DNA of 64,000 nt, taken from NCBI GenBank assembly GCA_963723495.1, contig CAVRQR010000008.1, positions 74,867 to 138,866 on the forward strand, read 5' to 3'. The notes under the pieces were generated by a model, which worked only from the letters and a program-made list of their open reading frames with translations, did no database searches and was not told the origin of the DNA. Position 1 is the first letter of the stretch. Every line of letters begins with the position of its first letter. This document shows positions 28,699 to 37,487 of the stretch, piece after piece. Made by a program: the position numbers and the translations under genes. This DNA is from an uncultured Acidobacteriota bacterium. GTDB taxonomy: Bacteria; Acidobacteriota; Vicinamibacteria; Vicinamibacterales; UBA2999.

Positions 28699-29868
28699 CT
28701 ATCCCGCCGGCACCAGATCCAGGAACTTCCACTGGGAGCCCGGTGCCAGTCCCGCCAGATCACGGCCGATTGCCTGGAACACCGGTGGCGACGAGGTGAC
28801 GTGCTGGATGCCGGCGTGCATGTCGCGAAACAGCCGCTGGAGCGGGCCGGAACGGAGGGCAACGGTACCGGCCGACGCGTACGCGAACATCGCGACTTCG
28901 TGCGCCGACCAGGTCGCGTGCGCCATGGCCAGGCGAATCAGCGTGTGTTGACGGGCAGACAGCCGGTCACCTCGCGCGAGTGTGGCACCCGCGTCTCCCC
29001 ATGCCTCGTAGACGAGCGCCCGAGCCGCGCGATATACGCCTTCGGTCTTGGCGTAGCTCTGCTGAAAGGCCTCACTGGTCGCGAGCGTCCCGGCTCGGCC
29101 CATCTTGCCTCTCACGTTCCTGGCCAGCTCATCGAGGACGCGCCGGCCAATGCCGCACGCCCATGCCGAGTGGCACATGATGGCGAAGCCGATGACGCCG
29201 ATCTTGTAGAGATTGCCGCCACGCCTCGCCGTATCGGTTAACGCTGGATGTGTATAACCCTCCGGCACGAAGACCGAGTCGATCCTGTAGTCGATGCTTC
29301 CCGTCGCGCGCAGTCCGAGAACGTCCCAGTTGTCGATCAGCGTTGCCTTCTCGACCGGCAGCACGAAGATGCGGGCCTCGCCCGTGCCCTCGATCACGCC
29401 GAGGGTGTGGATGTGCGTCCCATGCTTGATGCCGGACGCAAAACTCCACGACCCACTCAGGAGAAAGCCGTCCCCCTTGGGCACGGCGGTTCCGGGCCGC
29501 GTGCCCTGACCCGCAATGACCGGGAGACGTACTTTCCCGAACAACTCGGCCACCGCCGCGTCGCTCAGATACGCCGCACCGGTGCCAACGGCCAGTGCTG
29601 CGGCCATCAGGACCCACCCGGCGGACGGGTCGCCGTAGGTCAGGTTTTCAATCACCTGAAGCGATGACACCGGATCGAGTTCGGCGCCGCCGGGCACAGA
29701 CTTCGGTACCCACATGCCGAAGAGTCCCTCACGATGAAGCGCGTCCACGACGGGATCGGCCAGTCGCCCCTCTTTGTCGCCAAACTCCGCATGCTGATCG
29801 GCGACCAGCGCGACCGCTCGCGCGCGCTCGGTCAGATCGGCGCTCGTCACACTGTTCGTTGGTGTCAT
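28699..29868 (-). CDS. acyl-CoA dehydrogenase-fold flavoprotein
   Basis: 389 aa with ACAD N-terminal, middle and C-terminal domain architecture (GWVLMAAA..., SGSWSFASG..., WDVLGLRATGS). Confidence 0.8.
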   Translation of the reverse strand: MTPTNSVTSADLTERARAVALVADQHAEFGDKEGRLADPVVDALHREGLFGMWVPKSVPGGAELDPVSSLQVIENLTYGDPSAGWVLMAAALAVGTGAAYLSDAAVAELFGKVRLPVIAGQGTRPGTAVPKGDGFLLSGSWSFASGIKHGTHIHTLGVIEGTGEARIFVLPVEKATLIDNWDVLGLRATGSIDYRIDSVFVPEGYTHPALTDTARRGGNLYKIGVIGFAIMCHSAWACGIGRRVLDELARNVRGKMGRAGTLATSEAFQQSYAKTEGVYRAARALVYEAWGDAGATLARGDRLSARQHTLIRLAMAHATWSAHEVAMFAYASAGTVALRSGPLQRLFRDMHAGIQHVTSSPPVFQAIGRDLAGLAPGSQWKFLDLVPAG

Positions 29869-29939
29869 AGCGTCTCCCGTCTCCCCAGGGATGTTGAACG
29901 CATCCGGTCCTCCCGAGAAGCAGGATTATAGTCAGCGTA

Positions 29940-31508
29940 ATGAATCCAAACCCACCGAAGCGCGGAGGCGGTGCCCTTGCCAGCCTCGCCCTCGCGATGC
30001 GTTCGCGCCGCACAGCCTTTGTCGTTCTGCAGTCTTTTGCCTCCGGTCTTCCGCTCGGGCTCGTCTGGTACGCCATTCCTGACTGGATGCGGGACATCGG
30101 CGTCGACATCCGCGTCGTCGGCCTGATCACGCTGGCCCAGGCACCCTGGACCTTCAAAGTGCTGTGGGCGCCACTGATGGATCGCTACGTCCCTCCGTTC
30201 TGGGGACGGCGGCGCGGGTGGATGGCGGTCACGCAGGTTGGGCTGTTCGCCTTCAGCCTGCTGCTGGCCGGTGTGGGTGAACGGCCCGAAGCGGTGTGGG
30301 TCGTTGGCGCGTTGGCAATGGCCGTGGCGCTGTCTTCGGCGTCCCAGGACGTCGCCATCGATGCCTACGCGGTAGAAGTGCTGCACAAGGACGAGCAGGG
30401 CGCGGCGGCTGGAGCGCGGACGGCGATGTATCGAGCGGCACTTCTCATATCAGGCGGAGCCGCGATCAGCCTGGCGGCGCGCATCGGGTGGCCGGCGGTC
30501 AACGTCCTGCTGGCCCTGGTCTACCTGCCAATGCTGCTGATCACGTGGAAGTCGCCGGAGCCTGAGGTCCAGGCCCCGCCACCTCAGTCGCTGCGCGACG
30601 CCGTGTGGCAGCCGTTCCTGAGCTTCCTCACGCGTCCGCGGGCACTCGAGATCCTGGCTTTCGTGGTCCTCTATAAATTTGCCGATCAGCTCTATCAGTC
30701 GCTGACGCGTCCGTTTCTCATCGACATGGGCTACAACGCCGACCAGCGCGGCATCGCGCTCGCGACGATTGGCGTCGCGGGAACGGTGGTCGGTTCGTTC
30801 ATCGGCGGCTGGGTCACCACGCTCGCTGGTCTCGGACACGCGCTGTGGATTTTCGGTTTCCTCCAGCTCTTCTCGAACGTCGGGTACTACCTGCTCTCGA
30901 TCCTCGACGAGCCGAATGCCGCGGCGATGTACGCGGCAACTGGCTTCGAGCTGCTGACGTCGGGCATGGGAACCGGCGCCTTCTCTGTTCTGCTGCTGCG
31001 ACTGACCGAGAAGCGATTCTCGGCAACGCAGTACGCGCTCTTCTCGAGCCTCTTCGCGTTGCCGCGTGTCATCGCGGGACCGATCACCGGGTTCATGGTC
31101 GATGCGGCCGGCTGGTCGATCTTCTTCCTGTCGACGATCGTGGTTGGAATTCCAGGGCTCGTGATGCTCGGACGATTTGTGCCGCTTGGTGTTCGCGAGC
31201 CCGATTTCGACGATCAGGGCGCGCGGTCTGCGCCTGCGCCAACGTCAGGCCTGCTCGTCCCCGGCGTCATTGCCGCCGTCGTGTTGGCGATCGGGGGTAC
31301 CGTGCTTGTTGCAACCCTCGACGCGATGCAGGCCATGCGCGCGACGCCGCCCGCGGCCTTTGATGTCGGCGCCGCTCTGTGGCGGCTCTCCAATCCAACC
31401 GATGTTGGCGGCTGGGTCACGATCGTCGGCATCCTGGCGTTCGCCATCGTCGGCGGGATGTTCATCGCCGCGACGAGGGTCAGAAGGGCCTCGGCGAGAT
31501 CGACTTGA
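29940..31508 (+). CDS. ampG: AmpG family muropeptide/MFS transporter
   Basis: The N-terminus FASGLPLGLVWYAIPDWMRDIGVDIRVVGLITLAQAPWTFKVLWAPLMDRY is characteristic of AmpG. Multiple TM helices. Confidence 0.85.
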   Translation: MNPNPPKRGGGALASLALAMRSRRTAFVVLQSFASGLPLGLVWYAIPDWMRDIGVDIRVVGLITLAQAPWTFKVLWAPLMDRYVPPFWGRRRGWMAVTQVGLFAFSLLLAGVGERPEAVWVVGALAMAVALSSASQDVAIDAYAVEVLHKDEQGAAAGARTAMYRAALLISGGAAISLAARIGWPAVNVLLALVYLPMLLITWKSPEPEVQAPPPQSLRDAVWQPFLSFLTRPRALEILAFVVLYKFADQLYQSLTRPFLIDMGYNADQRGIALATIGVAGTVVGSFIGGWVTTLAGLGHALWIFGFLQLFSNVGYYLLSILDEPNAAAMYAATGFELLTSGMGTGAFSVLLLRLTEKRFSATQYALFSSLFALPRVIAGPITGFMVDAAGWSIFFLSTIVVGIPGLVMLGRFVPLGVREPDFDDQGARSAPAPTSGLLVPGVIAAVVLAIGGTVLVATLDAMQAMRATPPAAFDVGAALWRLSNPTDVGGWVTIVGILAFAIVGGMFIAATRVRRASARST

Positions 31509-31618
31509 ACCACGAAGTTCCGGAAGGACTCGAAGTTCACGAATGGCAACGGAACATCAGTCGCCACGCCGGGCGTGGCATTTCGTGCCCTTCGCGGTCT
31601 TCGTGGCCCTTCGTGGTT
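31508..31618. repeat. long imperfect palindrome, word family CCACGAAG/CTTCGTGG, after ampG
   Basis: aaccacgaag (31508-31517) pairs perfectly with cttcgtggtt (31609-31618). The arms are colinear (cgaag/cttcg words). A central 7-bp mini-hairpin is gccacgc-cgg-gcgtggc (31563-31579). Confidence 0.8.
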
Positions 31619-31628
31619 AGAGTCCACG

Positions 31629-31958
31629 TCATGTCGACAGCTTCTCCGCAAGCACTCTGAGATCGGCGACGAAATCCTCCATCGCACGACGCCGGTCTTC
31701 ATCAGTCTGCGCACGCAGCACGCCCGCCCTTCACCGAACACGGTCTGGGTCGCACGACGCCAGAGGTCACATCCCCGGCAGCCAGCTGCAGCGAGCCGGG
31801 CCGTGCGCAACGTTGGTCTCGGCGGAACGAATGGCGCGGCCGAGCCGGGCGATGAAGGAGCAGACGTTTTCGCCATCGGATCCGATAGAGGTCGGCTGCA
31901 AACGCATCGCCACTGGCAGGCCTCTTGCCACCTCCTCTGCAGACGAGGAGGGCGACAT
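31629..31958 (-). pseudogene. UdgX/family-4-like uracil-DNA glycosylase remnant (core deleted, frames broken)
   Basis: One frame reads SAAPFVPPRPTLRTARLAAAGCRGCDLWRRATQTVFGEGRA, a UDG N-terminal motif. Immediately after it, in another frame, comes GVLRAQTDEDRRRAMEDFVADLRVLAEKLST*, a UDG C-terminal tail. The roughly 140-aa catalytic core between them is absent. Confidence 0.55.
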
Positions 31959-32220
31959 GGCCGAGCCACGTTCACAAGTCGGAATCAGCAACCGCGAAGC
32001 ACCAGAGGAAGAGGCGCGCGAACGTCAGGCAAACCCGCCGGAGCTGGAAGGCGGCGAGACCCAGCCGCAGGATGACCGGCCAGCAACACACGACTGGCAG
32101 AGCTCCACGAAAAGCGGCACCAAGGCCTCCGCCCAGAAGCGGGACACGACGCGACATACTGAGGACACGGCGCCCGCGGCTGCGAAGGTGCAAGGCGCAT
32201 TCGGCAAGGAACCAGAGTGA
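31957..32220 (+). CDS. small hydrophilic (disordered) protein upstream of ku
   Basis: 87 aa: MAEPRSQVGISNREAPEEEARERQANPPE... The composition is stress-protein-like. It ends 6 nt before ku. Confidence 0.45.
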   Translation: MAEPRSQVGISNREAPEEEARERQANPPELEGGETQPQDDRPATHDWQSSTKSGTKASAQKRDTTRHTEDTAPAAAKVQGAFGKEPE

Positions 32221-32226
32221 AGGTGA

Positions 32227-33093
32227 ATGATGGCGCGAGCGATCTGGAGCGGCTCTCTTTCTTTCGGTCTCGTCAACATTCCCGTCGAAGTGCACACGGC
32301 GGTCCGCGATCACCGTCCGCATTTTCGAATGCTGCACGCCAAGGATCGCTCCCCGATCAACTTCGAACGCGTGTGCCAGAAGGACGGGAAGACCGTCGCC
32401 TGGGAAGATCTCGTTCGCGGGTATGAGTACGAGAAGGGCCGCTTCGTGGTGTTGACCAAGGAAGACTTCGCCGCCGCGGCGCTCGAGAAGACCAAGCGTA
32501 TCGACGTCCTCGATTTCGTCGAAGCCGATGCGATTGACGATCGTTTCTTCGACAAGCCCTATTACCTCACGGCCATGAAGGGCGGAGAGACGGCTTACGC
32601 GCTGCTGCGTGAGGCCATGAACGAAGTGGGCCGCATCGGGATCGCGAAATTCATCCTGCGCGAAACACAGCACCTGTTTGCCGTCGAAGGAATCGGCGAC
32701 GCCCTCGTGCTCTCCACCCTGCGGTTTGCTGACGAACTGGTCGAACCGTCGTCGCTCAACTTTCCAAGCAGCAAGAACATCAAGAAGGCCGAACTCAATA
32801 TGGCCAAGATGCTCGTTGAGAATCTGGCGTCGGAGTGGGAGCCATCCAAGTACGAGGACGACTATCGCGAGAACCTGATGCGTGTCATCAAGGCGAAAAT
32901 GAAAGGCAAGGAACCCAAACTCGTCGTCGACGAACGGCCTCGCGCCGCGAACGTGATCGATCTGATGGAACGGCTGCGACAGAGCCTCGACAAGTCAGGT
33001 GGCCGGGGCGCGAAAAAGACGGCACGGACCGCGACGACTCGGAAGACGGCCCGTGCCCGCAAGCAGCGGCGCAAGGGTCATGCGGCGGCCTAG
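32227..33093 (+). CDS. ku: Ku protein (NHEJ DNA end-binding)
   Basis: ARAIWSGSLSFGLVNIPVEVHTA...PINFERVC... is the canonical bacterial Ku core. The C-terminal tail is basic. Confidence 0.95.
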   Translation: MMARAIWSGSLSFGLVNIPVEVHTAVRDHRPHFRMLHAKDRSPINFERVCQKDGKTVAWEDLVRGYEYEKGRFVVLTKEDFAAAALEKTKRIDVLDFVEADAIDDRFFDKPYYLTAMKGGETAYALLREAMNEVGRIGIAKFILRETQHLFAVEGIGDALVLSTLRFADELVEPSSLNFPSSKNIKKAELNMAKMLVENLASEWEPSKYEDDYRENLMRVIKAKMKGKEPKLVVDERPRAANVIDLMERLRQSLDKSGGRGAKKTARTATTRKTARARKQRRKGHAAA

Positions 33094-33315
33094 CTAGGGC
33101 AGCCGCATGAAACGATGGTGATAGCGGTGCCGTCGCCAGATCCACGCGACCAGGCCCGTTGCGATGAAAGGCCAGGCACGTGCGGACCACGCCTGCCAGG
33201 GCATCCGTTTTGGGTTGAACCGCTCTATTCGTCCGCGCAGTAGCTCGATCCGTCTGTCGATCGCCAGCCGCTTGTCGCGCACGTCTGCTACGACTGCGTC
33301 CGTGCTCGGATCCAT
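33094..33315 (-). CDS. small membrane-anchored protein, DUF3618-like
   Basis: ATG 33315 gives MDPSTDAVVADVRDKRLAIDRRIELLRGRIERFNP..., then one TM helix. Its stop abuts the ku stop as TAGCTA. Confidence 0.55.
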   Translation of the reverse strand: MDPSTDAVVADVRDKRLAIDRRIELLRGRIERFNPKRMPWQAWSARAWPFIATGLVAWIWRRHRYHHRFMRLP

Positions 33316-33680
33316 TCTGCGTTCTCCTTCAACGTTTCCACGCTCTTCGGAAGATAACGGTCGCGCGCCAGTCGGGTGCGGCCCATCATCGCGAGGACGA
33401 CAGCGGCCACCGTCAGCGGTAACGCGACGATCGCGAACCCTGCCCAGGGTGGCCAATCGAACGCGTATGCAAGGCCCCACGCCATCGTGTTGAGAAGCAT
33501 GATCACTGCGAGCACACCCACGATAACGGCGGCCGCCGCGGTCATCACGCCACTCTTGATCCGGGTGAACTCTTCGCGCAGCTCCGTGCGGACGAGAACG
33601 ACCTCGTCGCGCAGCAGCCCGATGCCGTCACGGATGGTGCCGCGTATGAGATCAGGAATGGACTCGTTATGAGATGCCAT
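33288..33680 (-). CDS. holin-X (phage holin family 3_6-like) membrane protein
   Basis: ATG 33680 gives MASHNESIPDLIRGTIRDGIGLLRDEVVLVRTELREE..., followed by two TM helices. This layout is typical of the family. Confidence 0.65.
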   Translation of the reverse strand: MASHNESIPDLIRGTIRDGIGLLRDEVVLVRTELREEFTRIKSGVMTAAAAVIVGVLAVIMLLNTMAWGLAYAFDWPPWAGFAIVALPLTVAAVVLAMMGRTRLARDRYLPKSVETLKENAEWIRARTQS

Positions 33681-34020
33681 GGTTGAGACCTCTGTGGCCA
33701 GGTAATCCTCGAGTCCAGCGTGGCCAGACCTGACGCGTGCAATCACATTGCCAGCGATCTCAATACTCGACCGTGAATCGCTGTCTGAGGCGCGTGATGA
33801 CAGCTCTCTCGCGTGCCGAAGCACGGCAGCGATGTGATCGGGCACCTGCAGGAATTACAGAGGCCGCTTGCAACTTCTGGGCGATAGCTCGGGTGTGCAT
33901 CGCAGACCGATTCGCCTTCCATCCGCGCATGCCGACGGGGCATGTGGCTTGCTCCCTCAGCAGGCGGACCTAGGCCCGGCTCAGCAGGTGACGGCGATGC
34001 CCTGGGCGAGGAGGAACACC

Positions 34021-34584
34021 ATGAGAACTCGTCTGATCTTGTCGGGAGCTGCTGCGTTTCTCTGTGCGGGTGTCATCAGCTCGGCACAGATCACACCACA
34101 GGGAGGCCGACCACCACAGCCGACCACGCAGCAACCGCGACCAACGGCAAGCGCAGGACCTCTGACGACACTCACTGGCTGTCTCTACCGCGAGGACTCG
34201 ATTCCGGGACGAACGCCGAATGCGGCCGAAAAGGCGGATGTCCTCGAAGATTACATCCTCGCTGATGCCACGGCCGCACGTGATCCCAATCGCACACCGG
34301 ATCGACCGGCCGCCGCGGATGGTCAGCCACCCGCGGGAGCATCAGCCGGGTTGGCAACCGGTCGCATGTACAAAGTCACGAAGGTCGACGACGAACGACT
34401 GAAAGCGATGAAAGGAAAACGCGTGGAGATCTCTGGCACGGTCAAGCCGGACGACGATGTGCGGCCAGGGGAGAAACCGGCGAACTTCGAGAACCTGCCC
34501 AACATCGAAGGGACCTCGATTCGTGAAGCCTCTGGCGCGCCATGTCCCGCGAGCTCCGGCGGTGGCCCGTTGAAGTCCGGCTGA
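34021..34584 (+). CDS. exported hypothetical protein
   Basis: ATG 34021 gives the signal MRTRLILSGAAAFLCAGVISSAQ, followed by a low-complexity Pro/Gln region. The upstream part of the track ORF is not convincing. Confidence 0.6.
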   Translation: MRTRLILSGAAAFLCAGVISSAQITPQGGRPPQPTTQQPRPTASAGPLTTLTGCLYREDSIPGRTPNAAEKADVLEDYILADATAARDPNRTPDRPAAADGQPPAGASAGLATGRMYKVTKVDDERLKAMKGKRVEISGTVKPDDDVRPGEKPANFENLPNIEGTSIREASGAPCPASSGGGPLKSG

Positions 34585-34621
34585 AGCCGGACACGACGAC
34601 TGCAGCTGTCAACGCTACGAG

Positions 34622-34665
34622 CAGGGGCCGCGCGCGCGGCCCTTGCGTTCGCAAACGGCCCCTGA
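34622..34665. terminator. GC-rich hairpin(s) between convergent genes
   Basis: caggggccg (34622-34630) pairs with cggcccctg (34657-34665). An inner hairpin is gggccgcg-cg-cgcggccc (34625-34642). Confidence 0.4.
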
Positions 34666-34709
34666 GAAATGTTCGCGTCAGATGATCGTGAAGGGCGGGC
34701 CGGTCTCAG

Positions 34710-35408
34710 TCAGGTCGAGCGCAGACTGGATCGAATCAATCTCCGGCGCCTTGCTTGATGGTGTCGCGCTCGACTGCCCACATACAACAGACTTTCTTCC
34801 TTGTCGATGCGTTCGACCGTCTCTGGCGACACGATGACCGATCGACCGCCAATCCAGTTGCTGGTATCGACCAGCAAATAGCGGATACGCCAGCTCTCTT
34901 CACCGATGAGGAAGTCGTCAACGTGACCGATCTCACCATTGCGAGCATGAAGGTGGTACCCCGTGCTCTTCTTGATGCTTCGCAGGTGACGCGCCTCGGG
35001 ATCGATACCCTTGCTGGCAGCCTTCTCTCGAGGTGCCGCTTCGATGAGGGCCGCCGGACTGTCAAAGTTGCCCCAGATGCTGGCGGCTCCCCAATAGTCC
35101 GGATATCCGTAGTAGGCCAGGACGTGAGATTCCCCGGTGTGTGACAGCGGTTCTCCATCTTCGAATTCCGGGCTGTTCCACACTTGATCTTTGGTCAAGC
35201 CAAGGCGGATGCCGGTCCTTCCCCACCCGTTTCGAACCGACATCGGCGAAATGAGCACGCGCTTGCCGCTGAACCATTTGCCGGTGTCGACGAGCAGATA
35301 CCGAACGGTCCATCGGTCCTCCTCGAAGTAGAAGTCTTCGAGCGCCCCGATATCGCCATCAGTCCCTTTCACAGTGGCGCCAATGATCTTGTGAGCCAGA
35401 TGTAACAT
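34710..35408 (-). CDS. PRC-barrel domain protein (two PRC barrels)
   Basis: ATG 35408 with GGAGG upstream. The pattern ...G.V...DG.IG.(L/V)(E/D)DF...(W/E).(V/I)RYL(L)VDT... occurs twice. Confidence 0.85.
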   Translation of the reverse strand: MLHLAHKIIGATVKGTDGDIGALEDFYFEEDRWTVRYLLVDTGKWFSGKRVLISPMSVRNGWGRTGIRLGLTKDQVWNSPEFEDGEPLSHTGESHVLAYYGYPDYWGAASIWGNFDSPAALIEAAPREKAASKGIDPEARHLRSIKKSTGYHLHARNGEIGHVDDFLIGEESWRIRYLLVDTSNWIGGRSVIVSPETVERIDKEESLLYVGSRARHHQARRRRLIRSSLRST

Positions 35409-35566
35409 GACGTGCCTCCGCGAAGGTTCCGCTCTGACCCGTCGTTCGAGCAAAGGCGGGACCAGCGCTTGCGGAGCCATCTTCTCGTGGCGTTGGCAGT
35501 TGTCTTGAAGAGCAGGCTAGCGCTGTGTCGGCGTAGCGAGGGCGGTGCGCCCTCAAGGAGGACCCC

Positions 35567-35848
35567 ATGGAGGAACGAACCCACATATGGACCAGCGTCA
35601 CTCTGATGGCGCTCGTCGGCGGCGCGATTACCGCCCTTCTCTACACGCAGCGTGGCCGGCAGTCGCTGCAGCGATTCGAAGACGCACTGGATGACTTCGG
35701 CAGTTCACTCCAGCAACTGCGCGGCGCCGTTCAGAAAGCAGCGCTCGTTGCGGCGCAGGGGATCGAGGTCGCGACCGAGGGTAAGGAAGTCGTCTCGAAC
35801 CTGATCGGGAGGGGCGAGCGGCGACCGGACTCCGCTGTCACACACTGA
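35567..35848 (+). CDS. YtxH domain protein
   Basis: 93 aa with an N-terminal TM helix, then a helical region (GRQSLQRFEDALDDFGSSLQQLRGAVQKA). AAGGAGG lies 5 nt upstream. Confidence 0.7.
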   Translation: MEERTHIWTSVTLMALVGGAITALLYTQRGRQSLQRFEDALDDFGSSLQQLRGAVQKAALVAAQGIEVATEGKEVVSNLIGRGERRPDSAVTH

Positions 35849-35944
35849 CCCCGTAGCGGCCAATATCCTTCGAGGCGGCGACAAGGGTCCGACAACCGGA
35901 TCCCTTTTCGCTCCCGTCGTGGAGGCCGGCAGCCGAGATTACTG

Positions 35945-36172
35945 TTGTCTCTTGGCCGCTTATTTGCTCGAATGTCGGGCGCGATGACATCACATCCCCC
36001 CAGATCGTCGAGCCAGTGGCATGAGGTCCTGATCGGGCGCTCGATGGCCGCCTGTGTCCACCCGATCGCGGCGTGGCAGTCGAAGGCACGGTCGTTCCGC
36101 GTTCTGCTCGTTGCCGGATACTTCGTCGTCGGGTACCTGTCAGGCCTGGCCGCGATCGCACTGATCGAGTAG
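35945..36172 (+). CDS. possible small membrane protein
   Basis: Has a C-terminal TM helix (FRVLLVAGYFVVGYLSGLAAIALI) and ends 14 nt before the M48 gene. There is no clear RBS and the start is uncertain. Confidence 0.3.
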   Translation: MSLGRLFARMSGAMTSHPPRSSSQWHEVLIGRSMAACVHPIAAWQSKARSFRVLLVAGYFVVGYLSGLAAIALIE

Positions 36173-36186
36173 CGACTCATCCCAAC

Positions 36187-37473
36187 GTGCGCGTCATTCT
36201 GTTCGCCGGCATCCTGCTGCTGTCGCTTGGCGCCGTCACGGATGCGCAGACCTCGAGCAGCCAGTCGTCCACCACCGTATCCGACACTCGAACCGAACGA
36301 GTCCCTGTCCCGGAGCCAACACCAGAGGCTCTCAGCTACTACCGCAGCGGCAACGTGCTGTGGGTGGTCAACAACATCTGGGGCCTCTTGATCCCGGTGC
36401 TGATTCTGTTTGCCGGGCTCTCGGCGCGCATCCGTGACTGGGCTCAGCGCCTTGGCCGGAAGTGGTTCTTCACGATCGGTCTGTACTTCATCGCCTTCAC
36501 GGTCATCGTGTTCCTCATCGATCTCCCGTTGTCCTACTACCAGGGTTACATGCGTCAGCACGCCTACGGTCTGTCGAATCAGACCTTCGGCAAGTGGGCG
36601 CAAGACGAGGTCACAGGACTGGTCGTCGGACTCGTGGGTGGCGTGTTGTTCCTATGGGTGCCTTATCTGCTCCTGAAGAAAAGCCCGCGACGATGGTGGC
36701 TGTACACCGGGCTCCTCGCCATCCCGTTCATCGTCCTGGTCTCCCTCGTCGCGCCGATCTGGATCGATCCGCTCTTCAATACGTTTGGGCCGATGAAAGA
36801 CAAGGCGCTCGAAGCCGACATCCTGCGGCTCGCCGAGCGCGCGGGCATCGAGGGCAGCCGCGTGTACGAGGTCGCGAAGAGCGAGGACACCAACGCCGTC
36901 AATGCCTATGTCGCCGGCGTCGGAGCGACCAAGCGGATCGTGCTGTGGGACACGATCCTCGCAAAGTTGAACCGGGAGCAGTTGCTCGTCGTGATGGGGC
37001 ACGAGATGGGGCACTACGTGCTCGGACATATCTGGAAACTGATCCTGAGCCTGTCCGCACTCATCATCCTCGCGCTCTACGCCGTGCACCGGACCGCTGG
37101 CTGGTTGATCGCCCGTTATCGAGACCGGTTCGGATTCAGTGAGCTGTCCGATGTGGCGTCGCTACCGCTCATCATCGTGCTCTTCGGCATGGCCTCGCTC
37201 GTCGTCACGCCGGTCGCGCTCGCGATACAGCGTCACTTCGAACACGAAGCGGATCGCTTCGGCCTGGAGATCACGCAGGACAATTACGCCGCCGCAACGG
37301 CGTTCGTGAAACTGCAGCAGGAAAATCTCGCAGTGCCTCGCCCGGGACCTCTCTACACGTGGTGGCGCGCCAGCCACCCAACGCTCGGTGACCGCATCGA
37401 CTTCAGCAACGACTATCGGCCGTGGGAGTCGAACCAGCCGCTCGTCTACGGCGATCGCTTCAAGAGCCGGTAG
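36187..37473 (+). CDS. M48 family metallopeptidase (Ste24/HtpX-like)
   Basis: Contains HEMGHYVLGH plus a downstream E (HEADRFG) and TM helices. GTG 36187 gives a signal/TM N-terminus. Confidence 0.85.
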   Translation: MRVILFAGILLLSLGAVTDAQTSSSQSSTTVSDTRTERVPVPEPTPEALSYYRSGNVLWVVNNIWGLLIPVLILFAGLSARIRDWAQRLGRKWFFTIGLYFIAFTVIVFLIDLPLSYYQGYMRQHAYGLSNQTFGKWAQDEVTGLVVGLVGGVLFLWVPYLLLKKSPRRWWLYTGLLAIPFIVLVSLVAPIWIDPLFNTFGPMKDKALEADILRLAERAGIEGSRVYEVAKSEDTNAVNAYVAGVGATKRIVLWDTILAKLNREQLLVVMGHEMGHYVLGHIWKLILSLSALIILALYAVHRTAGWLIARYRDRFGFSELSDVASLPLIIVLFGMASLVVTPVALAIQRHFEHEADRFGLEITQDNYAAATAFVKLQQENLAVPRPGPLYTWWRASHPTLGDRIDFSNDYRPWESNQPLVYGDRFKSR

Positions 37474-37487
37474 GTTCGGCGAGACGA

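Noticed and set aside
31214-31975. The 253-aa minus-strand ORF spanning the ampG 3' end and the ku upstream region.
   Set aside because: Only a segment of about 45 aa (the UDG N-terminal motif) is meaningful. The rest runs antisense through ampG and the palindromic repeat. It is interpreted as a glycosylase remnant, not a gene.
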